The notes: generated by a model from the sequence alone, not told the origin. Numbered from the stretch's first letter, positions 17,810-32,800 are shown. The stretch is 47,846 nucleotides of DNA from an uncultured Deferribacteres bacterium (GCA_964014485.1 CAXHAT010000038.1:1-47846), one strand, 5' to 3'. Program-made: numbers and translations.

Positions 17810-20800
17810 ATGAAAATGCGCCTAAGGACGGGCGTGCTCTATGCTGGGATTTCACTGCTTGCTGCAACGCAGTTGATCGCACGGGGCGCCTTGACGAATG
17901 TGACGCTGACGCCGTCAAACACGCAAGCCGGCGTTGGTACAATATACACGGTTTCTTTCACGACCGACGCCGCAGGAAACGGTTTGCCCGCAGACGGGAA
18001 GTTGGTTTTTCTTTTTCCGGCGGGATTCGACGTCTCCGGCGTTGAAATCGCAGCGAATACCGCAGGTTTGGACGGCGGCTACGCTTCGATCGTGTCCGCC
18101 GGGCAGACGCTGACTTTGACCCGGGACGGAACCGGCGCTGTTTTGCCGGCAGGCGCTTCTGCTACATTGAAAATAGCCACGGCAAACAATCCCGAGACGG
18201 CGGGCGGCGCTTACACCATTCGCCTGACAACCCAGGACGGCGCGGGAACAGTTCTTGACGGCCCGACGATTTCTTCCGCATTTTCTATTACGCCCGGCCC
18301 GCTCGATCATTTTCGGTTCGCGGCATTGGCCGACCAAACCGCGGGGCAAGCATTCAGCGTCACGGTTTTTTCCGAAGACGAATTTGACAACGCCGTCACT
18401 CACAGCGGAACAGTCACGCTCACCGACGATTCCAGCACGCTCACCGCCTCGCCGCTGATTTTTGTCAGCCAAACGAATCAGACAATCTCCGACGCGGCAA
18501 TTACCCTGGCGCAAACGAATAGCTTCCTCACCGCGACCGGCGACGGCAAAACCGGCGATTCCAATCTTTTCACCGTTACACCGGACACGCTGCACCACAT
18601 CGAAATTTTCACCGAACTCGGCGGCGTTGGCGAAGCCTTGCTCGACACAACCTTGACGGCGGACGAGATTCTCGTGCTAAGTTCGGCGGGCTTCGACTCC
18701 TTTAATAATTATATCGCAGACGTTCCGGTCAATTGGGAAGTCATCGGCGGAATTGGCTCGCTAAGTGCAACGACCGGCGATTCGATCACCACGTTTTTTG
18801 CCGACACGGTCGGTGTAGGCCAAATCACTTTTCAGCACGCGGCGCTTTCGCCCGACACCACCGGCTTCATCACCGTTACGCCCGGCGCGCCCTTGCAGGT
18901 AAAAATTTTGCGCGGCGCCAGCGGTGATTCAGCGGTTTACGTTCCGCTGACTTACGCGACGGGTCAGACGGACACGGTTCACGCCGCCAGCTTTGACGGC
19001 GACGGCAACTACATCGCCGACGAAATCGTCGATTGGCGCATCAGCGGCGGTATTGGTTCGCTCAATCCGGCGAATGGCGTGATGACGGTTTTTTCCGCGA
19101 CCACCCCCGGAACCGGACAAATCACTGCGGATCATTTTAGTCTGTTTGACGAAGTGACCGGGGCGATTACGGTCGGCGCCGGCGGTCTGGCTTACATCAA
19201 AATCGTCGAGGGACCGTTCGGCGATGGGCCGGAACTCGATGCGAAAAACTTAAGCGCGGACGAGACCGTCACTCTCCACGCCGCCGGTTATGACGCGAAT
19301 GATAATTATCTTGGTGACCAGATTGCATTTTGGTCTTCCACCGGCGGGCTGTCGCCTGTTGTTACGGACACGGCGGTTGCGATTAATTATAATCCGAAAA
19401 CAGCGCCGGTAACCGGCAGCTTTTTGGCGTTTCATCCCACCGCGACCGGCGATGCGACCGGTACGATCAGCATCGGCGTGGGGGCGGCGCATCATGTGAA
19501 AATTTTGAGCGGCGCCGCCGGAAACACCGGCGAAGTCGGCGCGGCTGGATTGACCACCGGCGAGACGCTGACCTTGCACGCGGCTTCTTTCGACGCGGAC
19601 GACAATTACATCGATGACGTCGCGGTGAATTGGCTTTTGAGCGGCGGCGTCGGATCGCTTTCAAGCGCTTCCGGAATTGCAACGATTTTAACCGCGACTT
19701 CCGCTGGAACCGGGCAGATTTCCACGCAGCACGGATCGCTGCTCGACGACGCGACCGGCACGATCACCGTCAATCCCGGCGCTCTGGCCTACGTTCGCAT
19801 CGTCGAAGGCCCGGCGGGTGACGGCGCGGAATTTACGACAAAATCCATGACGACCGACGAAACGCTGACCCTGCACGCCGCCGGTTACGACGCCAGCGAT
19901 AATTATCTCGGCGACCAAACCGTGATTTGGACGAGCACGGGAGCGCTCGCGCCTATTCTCAACGAATCCGGCGTTTCCGTCACTTTCCAACCGACGCAAG
20001 CGCCCGCGACGGGAACCATTTTAGCGACCCACGGGACGGCGACCGGCGATGAAACCGGCACGATTTCCGTCGGCGTTGGCGCGCCGCACCATCTTAAAAT
20101 TTTGGAAGGCGGCGGCGGGCAGACTCCCGAAGTGACGACCTCCGGCTTGACCGCGGGCGGCAAGCTAATCGTTCACGCGGCGAGTTTTGATGCGGCGGAC
20201 AATTACATCGGCGACGCCAGCGCTTCCTGGACGGTTTCCGGCGGTATTGGCACGCTCAATCCGACGACCGGCGTTTCAACCGAATTGACCGCGATCATGC
20301 CTGGCAGCGGCCAGATTTCCGCTTCCGACGGTCTGTTGCTTGGCGACGCGACCGGCGTGATCACCGTTTCCGTCGGGACGGTCGCCGAAATTCGCATCGT
20401 CGAAGGTATGAGCGGCGACGGGCTGGAATTGGGCAACGTCGCGATGACCGCCGATGACGTTCTGTTCGTCCACGCCGCGGGTTACGACGCTTTTGGAAAT
20501 TACGTCGGCGATCAAAACGTGACCTGGAGCGGCACGAATGATTTGGCCGGAATCATCACCGGCACAAGCACGAAAATCACTTTCAGCCCGACAACCGCGC
20601 CCGCAGTTGGCGCGATTTCGGCGGATCACCCGACCGCGACCGACGATGTCACCGGGACGATCACTGTCGGCGTCGGCGCTGAGCACCATGTCAAAGTGCT
20701 CACGGGCGCGAGCGGCGATACGCCGGAAGTGACGACGGTTGGTTTGACCACCGGCGGGACGCTGGAAGTCCACGCCGCCAGTTTTGACGCGGACGATAAT

Positions 20801-23800
20801 TACGTCACCGATATTTCGGTCGGCTGGAGCCTGAGCGGGGACATTGGATCGCTCGACACGGGCGTCGGCGTGACGACGACCTTGACGGCGGCGGCGGTTG
20901 GCACCGGGCAAATCAGCGCCGATCACCCCAGTCTTTTTGACGACGCTACCGGCGTGATCACGGTCAATGCCGGAACCCTCGCGTATGTTCGCATCGTCGA
21001 AGGGCCTTCCGGCGACGGTGCCGCGTTTGGCGCGCGCACTTTGACGACCGACGAGTCGATCACTCTGCACGCCGCCGGGTATGACGCCAGCGACAATTAT
21101 CTCGGCGACCAATCCGTGATCTGGACGGGAACGGACGGCTTGGCCGGAATCATTTCCGGCAGCGGCACGTCGATCACGTTCAATCCCAACCTTGCGCCAA
21201 ATTCGGGAACCATCGTTGCCGACCACGCGACGGCGACCGACGACGCGACCGGTCTGATTACAATTAACGTCGGCGCCGAGCATCATGTAAAAATTTTAAG
21301 CGACGCCAGCGGCGAAACCTCGGAAATCGGTTCCGCCGGATTGGTGACCGGTAACACGCTCACCGTCCATGCCGCGAGCTTTGACGCGGACAATAATTAT
21401 GTCCAGGACGTTTCCGTTAATTGGGCTTTGAGCGGCGGGATCGGGACGCTTTCCGAAACTTCCTCGATTTCCACCATTTTGACCGCGACCACCGCCGGAA
21501 CCGGTCAAATCACTGCGGATCACGCAACCTTGCTCGACGACGCCACCGGTACGATCACCGTGACGGCGGGCGCGCTCGATTACATTAAAATTGTTGCCGG
21601 GCTCTCCGGCGACGGCGCTGAATTCGACGCGGCGACATTAACGACGGATCAATCCCTGACTTTGCACGCGGCAGGCTACGACGCCAGCGACAATTATCTC
21701 GGTGATCAATCCGTAACCTGGACGGGAACCGGCGGTTTGGCCGGGATCATCTCCGGCGGCGGCACGTCAGTTATCTTCAATCCGAGTCTCGCGCCAAATT
21801 CGGGAACCATCGTCGCCGATCACGCGACGGCGACAGACGATACGACCGGCTTGATCACGATCAACGTCGGTGCGGAACACCACGTCAAGGTGCTCGACGG
21901 CGCCAGCGGCGAAACTTCGGAAGTGACAACGGTGGGCTTGACCACGGGCGGGACGCTGGAAGTCCACGCCGCGAGCTTTGACGCAGACAATAATTATGTG
22001 CAGGATGTCTCCGTCGATTGGACTTTGAGCGGCGGGATCGGAACGCTCTCGCAGGCCTCGGGGATTTCAACAATTTTGACGGCGACAACCGCCGGATCAG
22101 GCCAAATCACTGCTGACCACGCAACGCTTTTGGACGATGCGACCGGCGCGATCACCGTTTCAGCCGGAACGTTGGCTTACGTTAAAATCGTCGCTGGACC
22201 TTCGGGCGACGGCGCAGAGTTTGACGCAGCGACTCTGACGACCGACGAATCTTTGACCCTGCACGCCGCCGGATATGACGCCAGCGACAATTATCTCGGC
22301 GACCAAACCGTCGATTGGAGCGGGACGGACGGTTTGAACGGCTTAATTTCAGCAAACGGCACGTCGATCACTTTCAACCCAAGCCTCGCGCCAAATTCGG
22401 GAACGATCATCGCCGATCATGCGGCGGCGACCGACGACGCCACCGGCTTGATCACGATCAACGTCGGCGCCGAACATCACGTGAAAGTTTTGAGCGGCGC
22501 CAGCGGCGAAACGACGGAAGTTGGCGCATCGGGTTTGGTGACGGGCAACACGCTCACCGTCCACGCCGCCAGTTTTGACGCGGATAATAATTATGTGCAG
22601 GACGTCTCCGTGAACTGGACGTTGAGCGGCGGGATCGGAACGCTCTCAGATGCTTCCGCGATTTCAACAATTTTAACCGCGACGACGGCCGGAACCGGCC
22701 AAATCACGGCGGATCATCCGACTTTGCTCGACGACGCGACCGGCACGATCACCGTCACTGCCGGAACTTTGGCCTACATCAAAATCGTCGCCGGGCCTTC
22801 GGGCGACGGCGCTGAATTTGACGCGGCGACTTTGACAACCGATGAATCTTTGACGCTGCACGCCGCCGGATATGATGCGAGCGACAATTATCTCGGCGAT
22901 CAAACCGTCGATTGGAGCGGGACGGACGGCTTGAACGGTTTGATCTCGGAATCCGGCACGTCGATGACTTTCAATCCAAATCTTGCCCCGATTTCAGGAA
23001 CGATCATCGCCGACCACGCGTCGGCGTCGGACGACGTCACCGGCTTGATCACGATTAACGTCGGCGCGCCGCACCATGTGAAAGCGCTCACCGGCGCGGC
23101 GGGAAATACGCCGGAAGCGTTGACCGCCGGACTCGTCACGGGCAACACGCTCACGGTTCACGCCGCCAGTTTTGACGCGGACGACAATTACATCGATGAC
23201 GTGACCGTCGATTGGTTTTTGAGCGGCGGCATTGGCGTTTTGAGCGCGGCGAACGGCGTTTCAACGACGCTGACCGCGACCACCGCCGGATCTGGGCAAA
23301 TCACCGCTGACCACGCGACGCTTTTGGACGATGCGACGGGCGCGATCACCGTCACTGCCGGAACTTTGGCCTACATCAAAATCGTCGCCGGGCCTTCGGG
23401 CGACGGCGCGGAGTTTACTTCGACGACCTTGACGACAGACGATGCGCTCACTTTGCACGCCGCCGGTTATGACGCCAGCGACAATTATCTCGGCGATCAA
23501 ACCGTCGACTGGAGCGGGACGGACGGCTTGGCCGGACTGATTTCCGCGACCGGCACAACGATCACTTTCAATCCCAACCTCGCTCCGATTTCGGGAACCA
23601 TTTTCGCCGACCATTCGAGCGCGACGGACGACGCCACCGGCTTGATCACGATCAACGTCGGCGCGGAGCATCACGTGAAAGTGCTCGACGGCGTCGTCGG
23701 CGAAACGTCGGAAGTGACTGCGGTCGGCTTGACCACGGGCGGCACGCTGGAAGTTCACGCCGCGAGTTTTGACGCGGACAACAATTATGTGCAGGACGTC

Positions 23801-26800
23801 TCGGTAAATTGGTCTTTGAGCGGCGGGATTGGAACGTTATCGCAAGCATCCGGCGCGTCCACAATTTTAACGGCAACCACCGCCGGATCAGGCCAAATCA
23901 CTGCTGATCACGCAACGCTTTTGGACGATGCGACCGGCGCGATCACCGTTTCAGCCGGAACTTTGGCTTATGTCAAAATCGTCGCCGGACCATCGGGCGA
24001 CGGGGCGGAATTCGACACGGCGAATTTGACGACGGATCAATCTTTAACGCTGCACGCCGCCGGATACGACGCCAGCGACAATTATCTCGGCGATCAAACC
24101 GTCGATTGGAGCGGGACGGACGGCCTGGCCGGGCTGATTTCCGCGACCGGCACAACCATCACTTTCAATCCAAATCTTGCGCCGATTTCAGGAACCATCG
24201 TCGCTGATCACGCGACCGCGACCGACGACGCGACCGGCTTGATCACGATCAACGTCGGCGCGCCGCATCACGTCAAAGCGCTTTCGGGGCTGACGGGCGA
24301 AACCTCCGAGGTCGAGACTGCTGGACTGGTGACCGGCGGTACGCTGACTTTGCACGCCGCGAGTTTTGACGCCGACGATAATTACATCGCCGACGTGTCC
24401 GTCGATTGGCGCTTGAGTGGCAATATCGGAACGCTGTCGCAGGCTTCCGGGGTCTCCACCATTTTGACCGCCACCACCGCCGGAACCGGCCAGATCACGG
24501 CGGATCATGCAATTTTACTCGACGACGCGACCGGCACGATCACCGTGACAACGGGGGCGTTGGATTACATAAAAATCGTCGCCGGGCCTTCCGGCGACGG
24601 CGCTGAATTTGACGCCGTGACCTTGACGACGGATCAATCGCTGACTTTGCACGCGGCCGGATATGACGCGAACGATAATTATCTCGGCGACCAAACCGTT
24701 GATTGGGGCGGCACGGACGGTTTGAACGGCCTGATCTCCGAAACCGGCACGACGCTCGTTTTCAATCCAAACCTTGCGCCCGTTTCGGGAACGATTACAG
24801 CGGATCACGCCTCGGCGACGGACGACGCGACCAACTTGATCACCATCAACGTTGGCGCCGAGCATCATGTGAAAGTTTTGAGCGAGTCCAGCGGCGAAAC
24901 GACCGAAGTCGGCGCGGCGGGTTTGGTGACGGGCAACACGCTCACCGTCCACGCGGCGAGTTTTGACGCGGACGATAATTATGTCCAGGACGTGAGCGTG
25001 GATTGGGGCTTGAGCGGCGGCATTGGAACGCTTTCGCAAGCTTCCGGAATTTCAACAATTTTAACCGCGACCACCGGCGGAACCGGTCAAATCACCGCCG
25101 ATCACGCGGCGCTTTTGGACGACGCAACCGGCACGATCACCGTTACGACCGGAACGCTGGCTTACGTCAAGATTGTCGAGGGGCCGTTCGGCGACGGCCC
25201 GGAGTTTGGCGCGCGCACGCTGACGACGGACGAGTCGATCGCCCTGCACGCCGCCGGTTACGATGCGAATGACAATTATCTCGGCGATCAAACCGTGACT
25301 TGGGCGGGCACGGACGGTCTCGCCGGTCAGATTTCGGCGACCGGGCCGATGATCACTTTCGCGCCAGCGATTGCGCCGAGTTCCGGCACGATCAGCGTCA
25401 CTCACGCTTCCGCTTCCGGCGACGCAACCGGGCAAATTACGATCAACACCGGCGCTGCGCATCATGTCAAGGCGCTTTCCGGCGAGTCGGGCAACACTTC
25501 GGAAATGGCCAGCGCCGGACTTGTGACCGGCAACACCCTGAGCTTGCACGCCGCCAGTTTTGACGCGGACGACAATTACATCGAAGACGTTGTCGTCGAT
25601 TGGACTTTGAGCGGCGGCATTGGCGTGCTGTCGCAGAGCAGCGGCGTTTCGACCGTGCTCACCGCCACAACCGTCGGCGCGGGACAGATTACCGCCGACC
25701 ACGCTTCGCTTTTGGACGATGCGACGGGAATTATCACGGTGAACGCGGGCACTTTGGCCTACGTCAAAATCGTCGAAGGCCCGTCCGGCGACGGCGCGGA
25801 ATTGGACGCGAAAAACTTAACCGCCGATCAAACGTTGACTTTGCACGCCGCCGGGTATGACGCGAGCGACAATTATCTCGGCGACCAAACCGTGACCTGG
25901 GGTGCGACCGGCAGTCTCGCTCCGGCGCCGAGTTTCAGCGGCACGACGTTTACTTTTTCTCCAACAACGGCTCCGGCAAACGGGACGATCACAGCGATCC
26001 ACGCCTCGGTTCCCGGCGACGAGACCGGGACGATCAGCGTCGGCGTTGGCGCGGAGCATCACGTGTTAGTTTTACAGGGTGGGAACGGCGAAACCGCCGA
26101 AGTCAGCGCGACGGCTCTGAGCACCGGTGCGACGCTGACCGTTCACGCCGCCAGCTTTGACGCGGATCAAAATTACGTTCAGGACGTGTCCGTCAACTGG
26201 ATTTTGAGCAACAATATCGGCGCGCTTTCAACGGCTTCCGGCGTTTCGACGATTTTAACGACGACCACGCCCGGCAGCGCCGTACTCACCGCCGATCACG
26301 CCAGCCTGCTCGACGACGCCAGCGGAACGATCACCGTCAACACCGGCAATGTCGCCAGCATAAAAATTCGCACCGCGCCCAACAACGGCGGCGATGAAGT
26401 TGACGTTTTGAGCCTGACTACGGACGACGAAACGACGTTTTACGCCGCCGGTTACGACGGCTCGGACAATTATTTCGGCGACGTGAGCGTGACCTGGACG
26501 AACTCCGGCACGCTCGAGCCGACGGTCAACGCCAACGGATCGTCCTTCACTTTTTCACCAACCAAAGGCCTCGGCGACGGCAGCATTTCCGGGACAATCA
26601 TTGCGACTTATCCCGGGAATATTTCCGACGCCACCGGGACGATCGCGGTTTTCCCCGGCGCGCCCGTCGGCCAAATTACGCTGACCGCGAACCCTTCCGG
26701 TCTGCCTTCAGACGGCGCGAGTTTGTCGCAAATCACCAGCGATGTCATTCTAGACGCTGAGAACAATCCGGTCGGCGCGGGCAAATTGTTCAGCGTTACA

Positions 26801-29800
26801 ATCACGCCCGCGAATCTCGGCCAGATCGCCACGCCGGACGCTGATCCGGGAACCGCCGGTCATCAAATCGCAACGTTGGCGAACGGAACATTGGATTTTT
26901 CTTTTCAGGCGGGAACCTCGGGCGGTGTGGCAACGGTCAACGTCAGCGGCGGGCTGGCGGCGGGCGGCAACACGCAAATTTCTCTCGGCAGTTTGTCGAT
27001 TCTCTCGATTTCAGCGGCCAGCGAAAAGGTTTCGCAAGGGCAGACCGGCGTTTTGGTCAACATGACCGTGCAAAATCTCGCGGCCTCGCCGATCACGCAA
27101 TTGGCGGGCGCGTTAACGTTTACTGGTTCGATTGACCGCACCTCAGAATTTACCGTCACGCCAAAAGCCAACAACCCGACCGCGATTGCCGGCGGCGGCA
27201 CTGAAACTCTCGGTTTTTTTATCGACGTTTCGCCTTCTGCGGCGCTGGAAAACATCACCATCGACGGCTCGGCTTCCGGCAAAATCAACACAACCGACGT
27301 GGCAACGTCCGGCGCGGCCACCCCCGACGCCTGGGCGGTGCAGCGTCCGGCGCAGGTTGATATTCACAGCGTCATCACCTCCGCCGACACCGTGGTTCAG
27401 GGACAGCAAGGCTTGCAAGTACGGGCGCGCGTCGAAAACAATTTCGGTTTGAGCGACGTCGCGGATGCAATTGTAGACAGTGTGCGTCTGGTTTTTCGAC
27501 AAGGTCCGGTCGAGCGCACGGCGGAGTATGTGGTTGCGCCTTCGAGTGCGAATCCGACAATGGTCCCCGGCGGCGGCGCGGTTGATTTTAATTTCACTGT
27601 CAACGTTGGCCTGAGCGCGACTACCGGCTTGACTGTTCTCGACGCGGAAATTTACGCCCGCGACGCAAATTCCGATTTGACTAAAACAGATTTGAATGCG
27701 GCCACGCCCGACGGCTGGGAAGTGATCCCCGGTGACGCTTTTCAGATTGCCGCCATCACGCCGTCGCAAACAAGCGTGACGGAAAGCATGTTGAAATCGT
27801 GGCAAATCCAAATGACGCTCAACAACAGCGGCCCTTCCGCGATCACGCTCGATTTAAGCAAGCCGAAAACGTTCCTGCGTCTGCAAATTGGCGCTTCGGA
27901 CGTGACCGGGCAATACACGATCATTCAGCCGACGCAATTCGACGCAGGCGGAACCACGCTGGCGGCGAACAGCAACGGCGTTCTGACTTTCACCGTCACC
28001 AAAACCGGCGCATCGACGGGCGTCGCGACGATTCTCGGCTTTGCCGAAGGCACGGACACGGCGACCAGCCAGCCGATTTCCGACAACACGAACGACGGAG
28101 GCACCGGCGAAGTCAACGTGCAAACGCAGGGCGTTTTGAGCGTCACTTCGGTGCAGCCCTCGGAGCCGTTGGTGACGGCGAACCGCGATTTTGACTGGCG
28201 CGTGACCGCGCAGGTGACGAACACCGGCGGCAGCGCACTGGAATTAACGGAATCGCCTTCCGTCATTCTCATCGGCAGCAACGCCGGTTTTGCCTACGTG
28301 CAGCCGCGGTTTTTCACCAATGGCGACTCGGTTTTGGCGGCGAACGAGAGCAGGCAGTTTGAGATGATCGTCGATCAAACCGGTACGCAATTGGGCGATC
28401 TGCCGATTTCTCTGACGCTGAACGCGATGGAGCAAAACAGCGGGCGCGCGGTGTCATCGAACGCGGGAGCGGGGACGGTAAAAAATCAGAGTCAAGCGGC
28501 GCTGGTGATTCAAAACGTCTCGATTTCGGCGGAATCCGTGACGGCGGGGCAAACCGCGCCCTGGACCGCGACGGTTGTGGTTGAAAATACCGGCCAGAGC
28601 CAGGTCGATTTGCGCACCGACGCGGCGACCAACTTGCGTTTTCGCTTGAACGGCAATTTTCAGAACGATTACATCGTCGCGCTGGCCGAAGAAAACTGGC
28701 TCGGTTCGCGGACGAAACAGCTCGCCGGAAACAGCGTCGACAGTCTGCGATTTGAGATCACGCAAACCGGAGCCGGGACGGGATTCCCCGAACTTTGGGT
28801 GACGGCGGCAACCACGGAAACCAACAGCGGCGCCGAGGTTTCCGCCAACGACAACGGTTCGGCCACAGTTGAAGTGCAGGCCGGGCCAAATTTGAGTTAC
28901 ATCGCGGGCAGTTTGGCTCCGGCGATTGTCAACAACGGCTCGTTTTACGCTTTTGAAGTGCGCATCAACAATGGCGGGCAGGCGCTGGTCGCGCTCAATC
29001 CTGAAGCGACGACGCTGACTTTTTCCGACGGCGGCAACGCTTTTTCAGCGGCGCTGGACGCGAACCGCGCAACGGATTTGCCCGCCGGAGAAACCGTGCT
29101 GACTTTCCGTTCGACTCAAATTCCGCAAAACATGGCGGCGCAAAATTACGCGCCGCAGATTACGCTGAACGGCATGCAAAACGGCAACAATTTTAGTCAA
29201 ACTTTAACGACGGAAACCAACGCGCTGAACGTGAGCGCGCCGGCCAGCGTGCAGATTATCGCCCTGCGTCCGAGCCAGCCGACGGTCACGCGCCAGATGA
29301 CGAAGGACTGGTTTTTGACCTTGATCGTGCGCAACAACGGCGGCGCGGAGGTGGCGCTTGACAGTCTTGACCTCGTGTTGCTCAATGGCGGCAACGTCAC
29401 GCCGGAATACACGCTTTCACTTCCCGCGGCGTTTTTAGGCTCCGGCTCGACGCTGCTCGGCGGCGGTCAAACGGATTCTCTGCGTTTCGATATTCTCGAC
29501 ACCGGGATCAAAACCGGGGCGACGACGGCGCAGGCCAAGCTCTGGGTCATCGATCAGTCCAACCAGCAGACGATTTTTGCGCAAACCGAGGGCGGCGGCG
29601 GTTTTCAGGTGCAGTCTCCAGCCACGCTCGAAATCGTCGATATTTCCACTTCGCAGGCGCGCGCGACGCAAAATCAGGCGCAAGCCTGGAACGTGGACGT
29701 GCTCGTGCGCAACAATGGCGAGAGCAGTCTCGATCTTAATTTTGACGCTGATTCTTCCGGCGTGAATTTTTCGCTCGATTCCGGCGATTATCAGATTTCA

Positions 29801-32800
29801 CAACCCGCGAGCCTGATGAGCGGCGACACGATTTTGACGGGGCAGTCTTCGGGAACCCTGCGCTACGCGGTTTTGCAGACCGGCGCGCAGACCGGCGAAA
29901 ATTTGATTCAAGGCTTTGTGCGCGGCGTGGAACGCAATAGCGACGCACCGTATTTTTCCCAAAACGATCCTGAGAACGGCGGTCAAGTCAAAATCGAAAC
30001 CCCGGCGCGTTTGCGCATCAAGTCGGTCGAGGTTTCCGGCGCGCCCAATCTGCCGTTCGTCAATGTGAATCAAACTTTTAACGTAGACGTTCTGGTCGAA
30101 AATCTCGGTGAGGCGGCGACGGACAGCGTGCAAATCCAATTACTCACCGACGCAAGCTCGACCATTGCAACGCCATTGATCGTTCTGCCGGACGGCGTTG
30201 AAGGCGGCAGCATCGAGACCGCTTCGTTCGCGGTCACGGCTTCGGCGGGGACGAATCCGCTCGAACAATTTTTCGCCAATTTGACCGGCGCGAAAGCGCG
30301 CAACACCGGCCTGAACGCGGTCATCGAGCCGCCGCTAGACAATGAAACCGAGGTGACGATTCAACTGCCCGCGACGCTGGAAATTCTGGAAGTTTTGACC
30401 TCGGTCGATTCGGTCAACGCCGCCCAAAGCGCGCCGTGGCGGGTTTCAGCAGTGGTGCAAAACGCGGGCGGAGCAACATTCCGCGCGGACAGTCTTTTGT
30501 CCAACAATTTACAGTTCAGAATCGGCGAGGAAGTGCAGGCGGACTATGTCGTCTCGCTGCCGCAGGCTTTCGCCAACGGCGCGGATTTAAACCTGCCCGG
30601 CGGCGTGACCGACACGCTGATTTTCACCGTCAACACCACCGGCCAGCGCGGCGGCGACGTGGATATTTTCGCTTCTTTGAGCGGCAAGGATTTGAATGCA
30701 GCTCAGCCGTTGAACGACCAGAATTCCGGCGCTGTGTTCGTGCGCACGACCGCGCGGGTGCGGGTTTTGAAAACCGAGCCGATTGTGAACAACACGCTTG
30801 GCGCGACCGAGGTCGGCTTGGTCAATACCGAACAGGTTTTTCAAGTACGCGTCGAAGTGGAAAACGGCGGTTTGGAAGAAGTTATCAATGTGAAAGTCGG
30901 GCTTGACGCAGATGGAAACTCCTCAATCTCCGGCGGGGAAACAACCATCAACAGCATTCCCGGCGGTGAGACGCGCGAGGCGCTTTTCACGGTGACGGCG
31001 AACGATCTGCCGACCGGCGAAGCTTCCGCGGAGACTTTTACGGCGGCGATCACCGAAGCGACGGCGGCGAACAGCCAAAAACCGGCGACGATTTCCGCTC
31101 CCGCTGACTCCATCGCGCAAGTGCGGATTCAAACGCCGGCCGAACTCGCGCTTGAAATTGAAGTCAACGACGACGACGGCGTTTTGAGCACCAACCAGCT
31201 TTTTGATATTACCGCGAACGTGCGCAATTTGGGGCAGTCGGCGGTCGATTCCATTGGAAAATTGACCATCGAATTGCCGGAGAACTTTGTGCTAATCAAT
31301 CCCGGCCCCGCTGTTTTTGAACAGGATTTTATTCCCGAAAACAATGTCGTTTGGACGGTGCGGGCGCCGGAAACGGCTGTCGATACCGCCAAAATTCTGG
31401 TGCGCATCAATCATTTCCCGAACGACAAAAATGCCAATGCGACCGCGCAAATCGAGACGGATTCCGGGAGCGTTTCGCTGCAAATCGTCCCCTTCGATCT
31501 CGACGTGACTGAAATCTCGGTCAGCGAACCGGCGGGCGGTTCGGACAACGTACTTTCGACCGGACAGCAATTTACGATCACGACGCGCATCGCGTTCAGC
31601 AGCGACTTGGAAGATCAGCAGCGTTCCGTCATTCTTGATGCGCCGCCGGGTTATGAATTCCGCTCGCCGCGCCAAATTGACCAATTCAGCGAAACCGAAA
31701 CCTGGGAATTGACCGCGCCGGATGAAGCTCACGGCGAACGAATTTTTATCGTCCGTGCGGCTGGAGTGACCGGCCTGGGCGAAGCAAAGGAAGACGCGGA
31801 CACGCTGCGAATGACGCTCGTCAGCCACGCATTGCTGGAAGTGGACGCCTTCATCAGCGATCCGCCCGGCGCGCGCGACGGCGTTTTGTCGTTGAATCAG
31901 GATTTTATTATTCGCGCTAATTTGTCGAATCGCGGCGCGGCTGGTGTGACCGGCGACGGCAGGATTCGTTTGGAGCTCGGTCAGACTGGGATCACGACGG
32001 ACGACCCGTTGGAAAGAACGATCTCTTTGGCTTCCGACGGCTTTGTGACCTGGCGCGCGGCCTCGCCTGATCAAATCGCGCAGGGCGGCATTACCGTGCG
32101 CCTGATTCAGCGCCCGCTGGACGAAAACACCAACTTGGATGCGGCGGTCGTTTCCGAGATTTCGAGCTTTACCGTGCGCACCGACAGTTCCGGCGCCTTG
32201 CAGGTCAATGACGTTGCCATAGCGAGTCCGGCGGGGGCGGCGGATCGGGTTTTGAGCACGGGCCAGGAGTTCACGCTCGGCGCTGATTTGACTTGGAACA
32301 ACATTGCCAACGTCTCGGCGCGATTGGTTCTGCCGCTCGGTTTTTTTACTGAGGAAGAACGCCGAAATTACACGGCGGTCAGCGGCTCCGCTTCCCCGCG
32401 CTGGATTGTGCGCGCCCCGGCGACGCCCGCTCTTGCACAGCAAATCGAAATTATTTTGGAAGGCCAGGACGCGAACAACGATTCGATTCAGGTCTCGACC
32501 CGCTCGCTGCCGCTGCAAGTTGAAATTGTTGAAAAAGCGCTTTTGCGCCTGAGCGGAGAAATTGCAGGGCCGGACGCGGCGACGGACGGCATTGTGAGCA
32601 TGGGGCAGGAATTTACCGTCAGCGCGCGACTGGACAATCTCGGCGGCGCGCAAATCAGCGGCGAAGATCAGGTGCGTCTGATTTTGCCGGAGGGTTATTC
32701 GATGCAGGAAGCAATGGTGAAAAGCGCGGTCAGCGGGCCGGTGAGTTGGCTGATCCAGGCGCGCGAAACGCCGTCGGCAGGCATTGAAAAAATTCAATTC

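Noticed and set aside
18881..26653. Regular repeats as a CRISPR array or DGR template/variable repeats
   Set aside because: The period is 597 bp and in frame, differences are not adenine-specific, there are no unique spacers, and no cas or reverse transcriptase gene is present.
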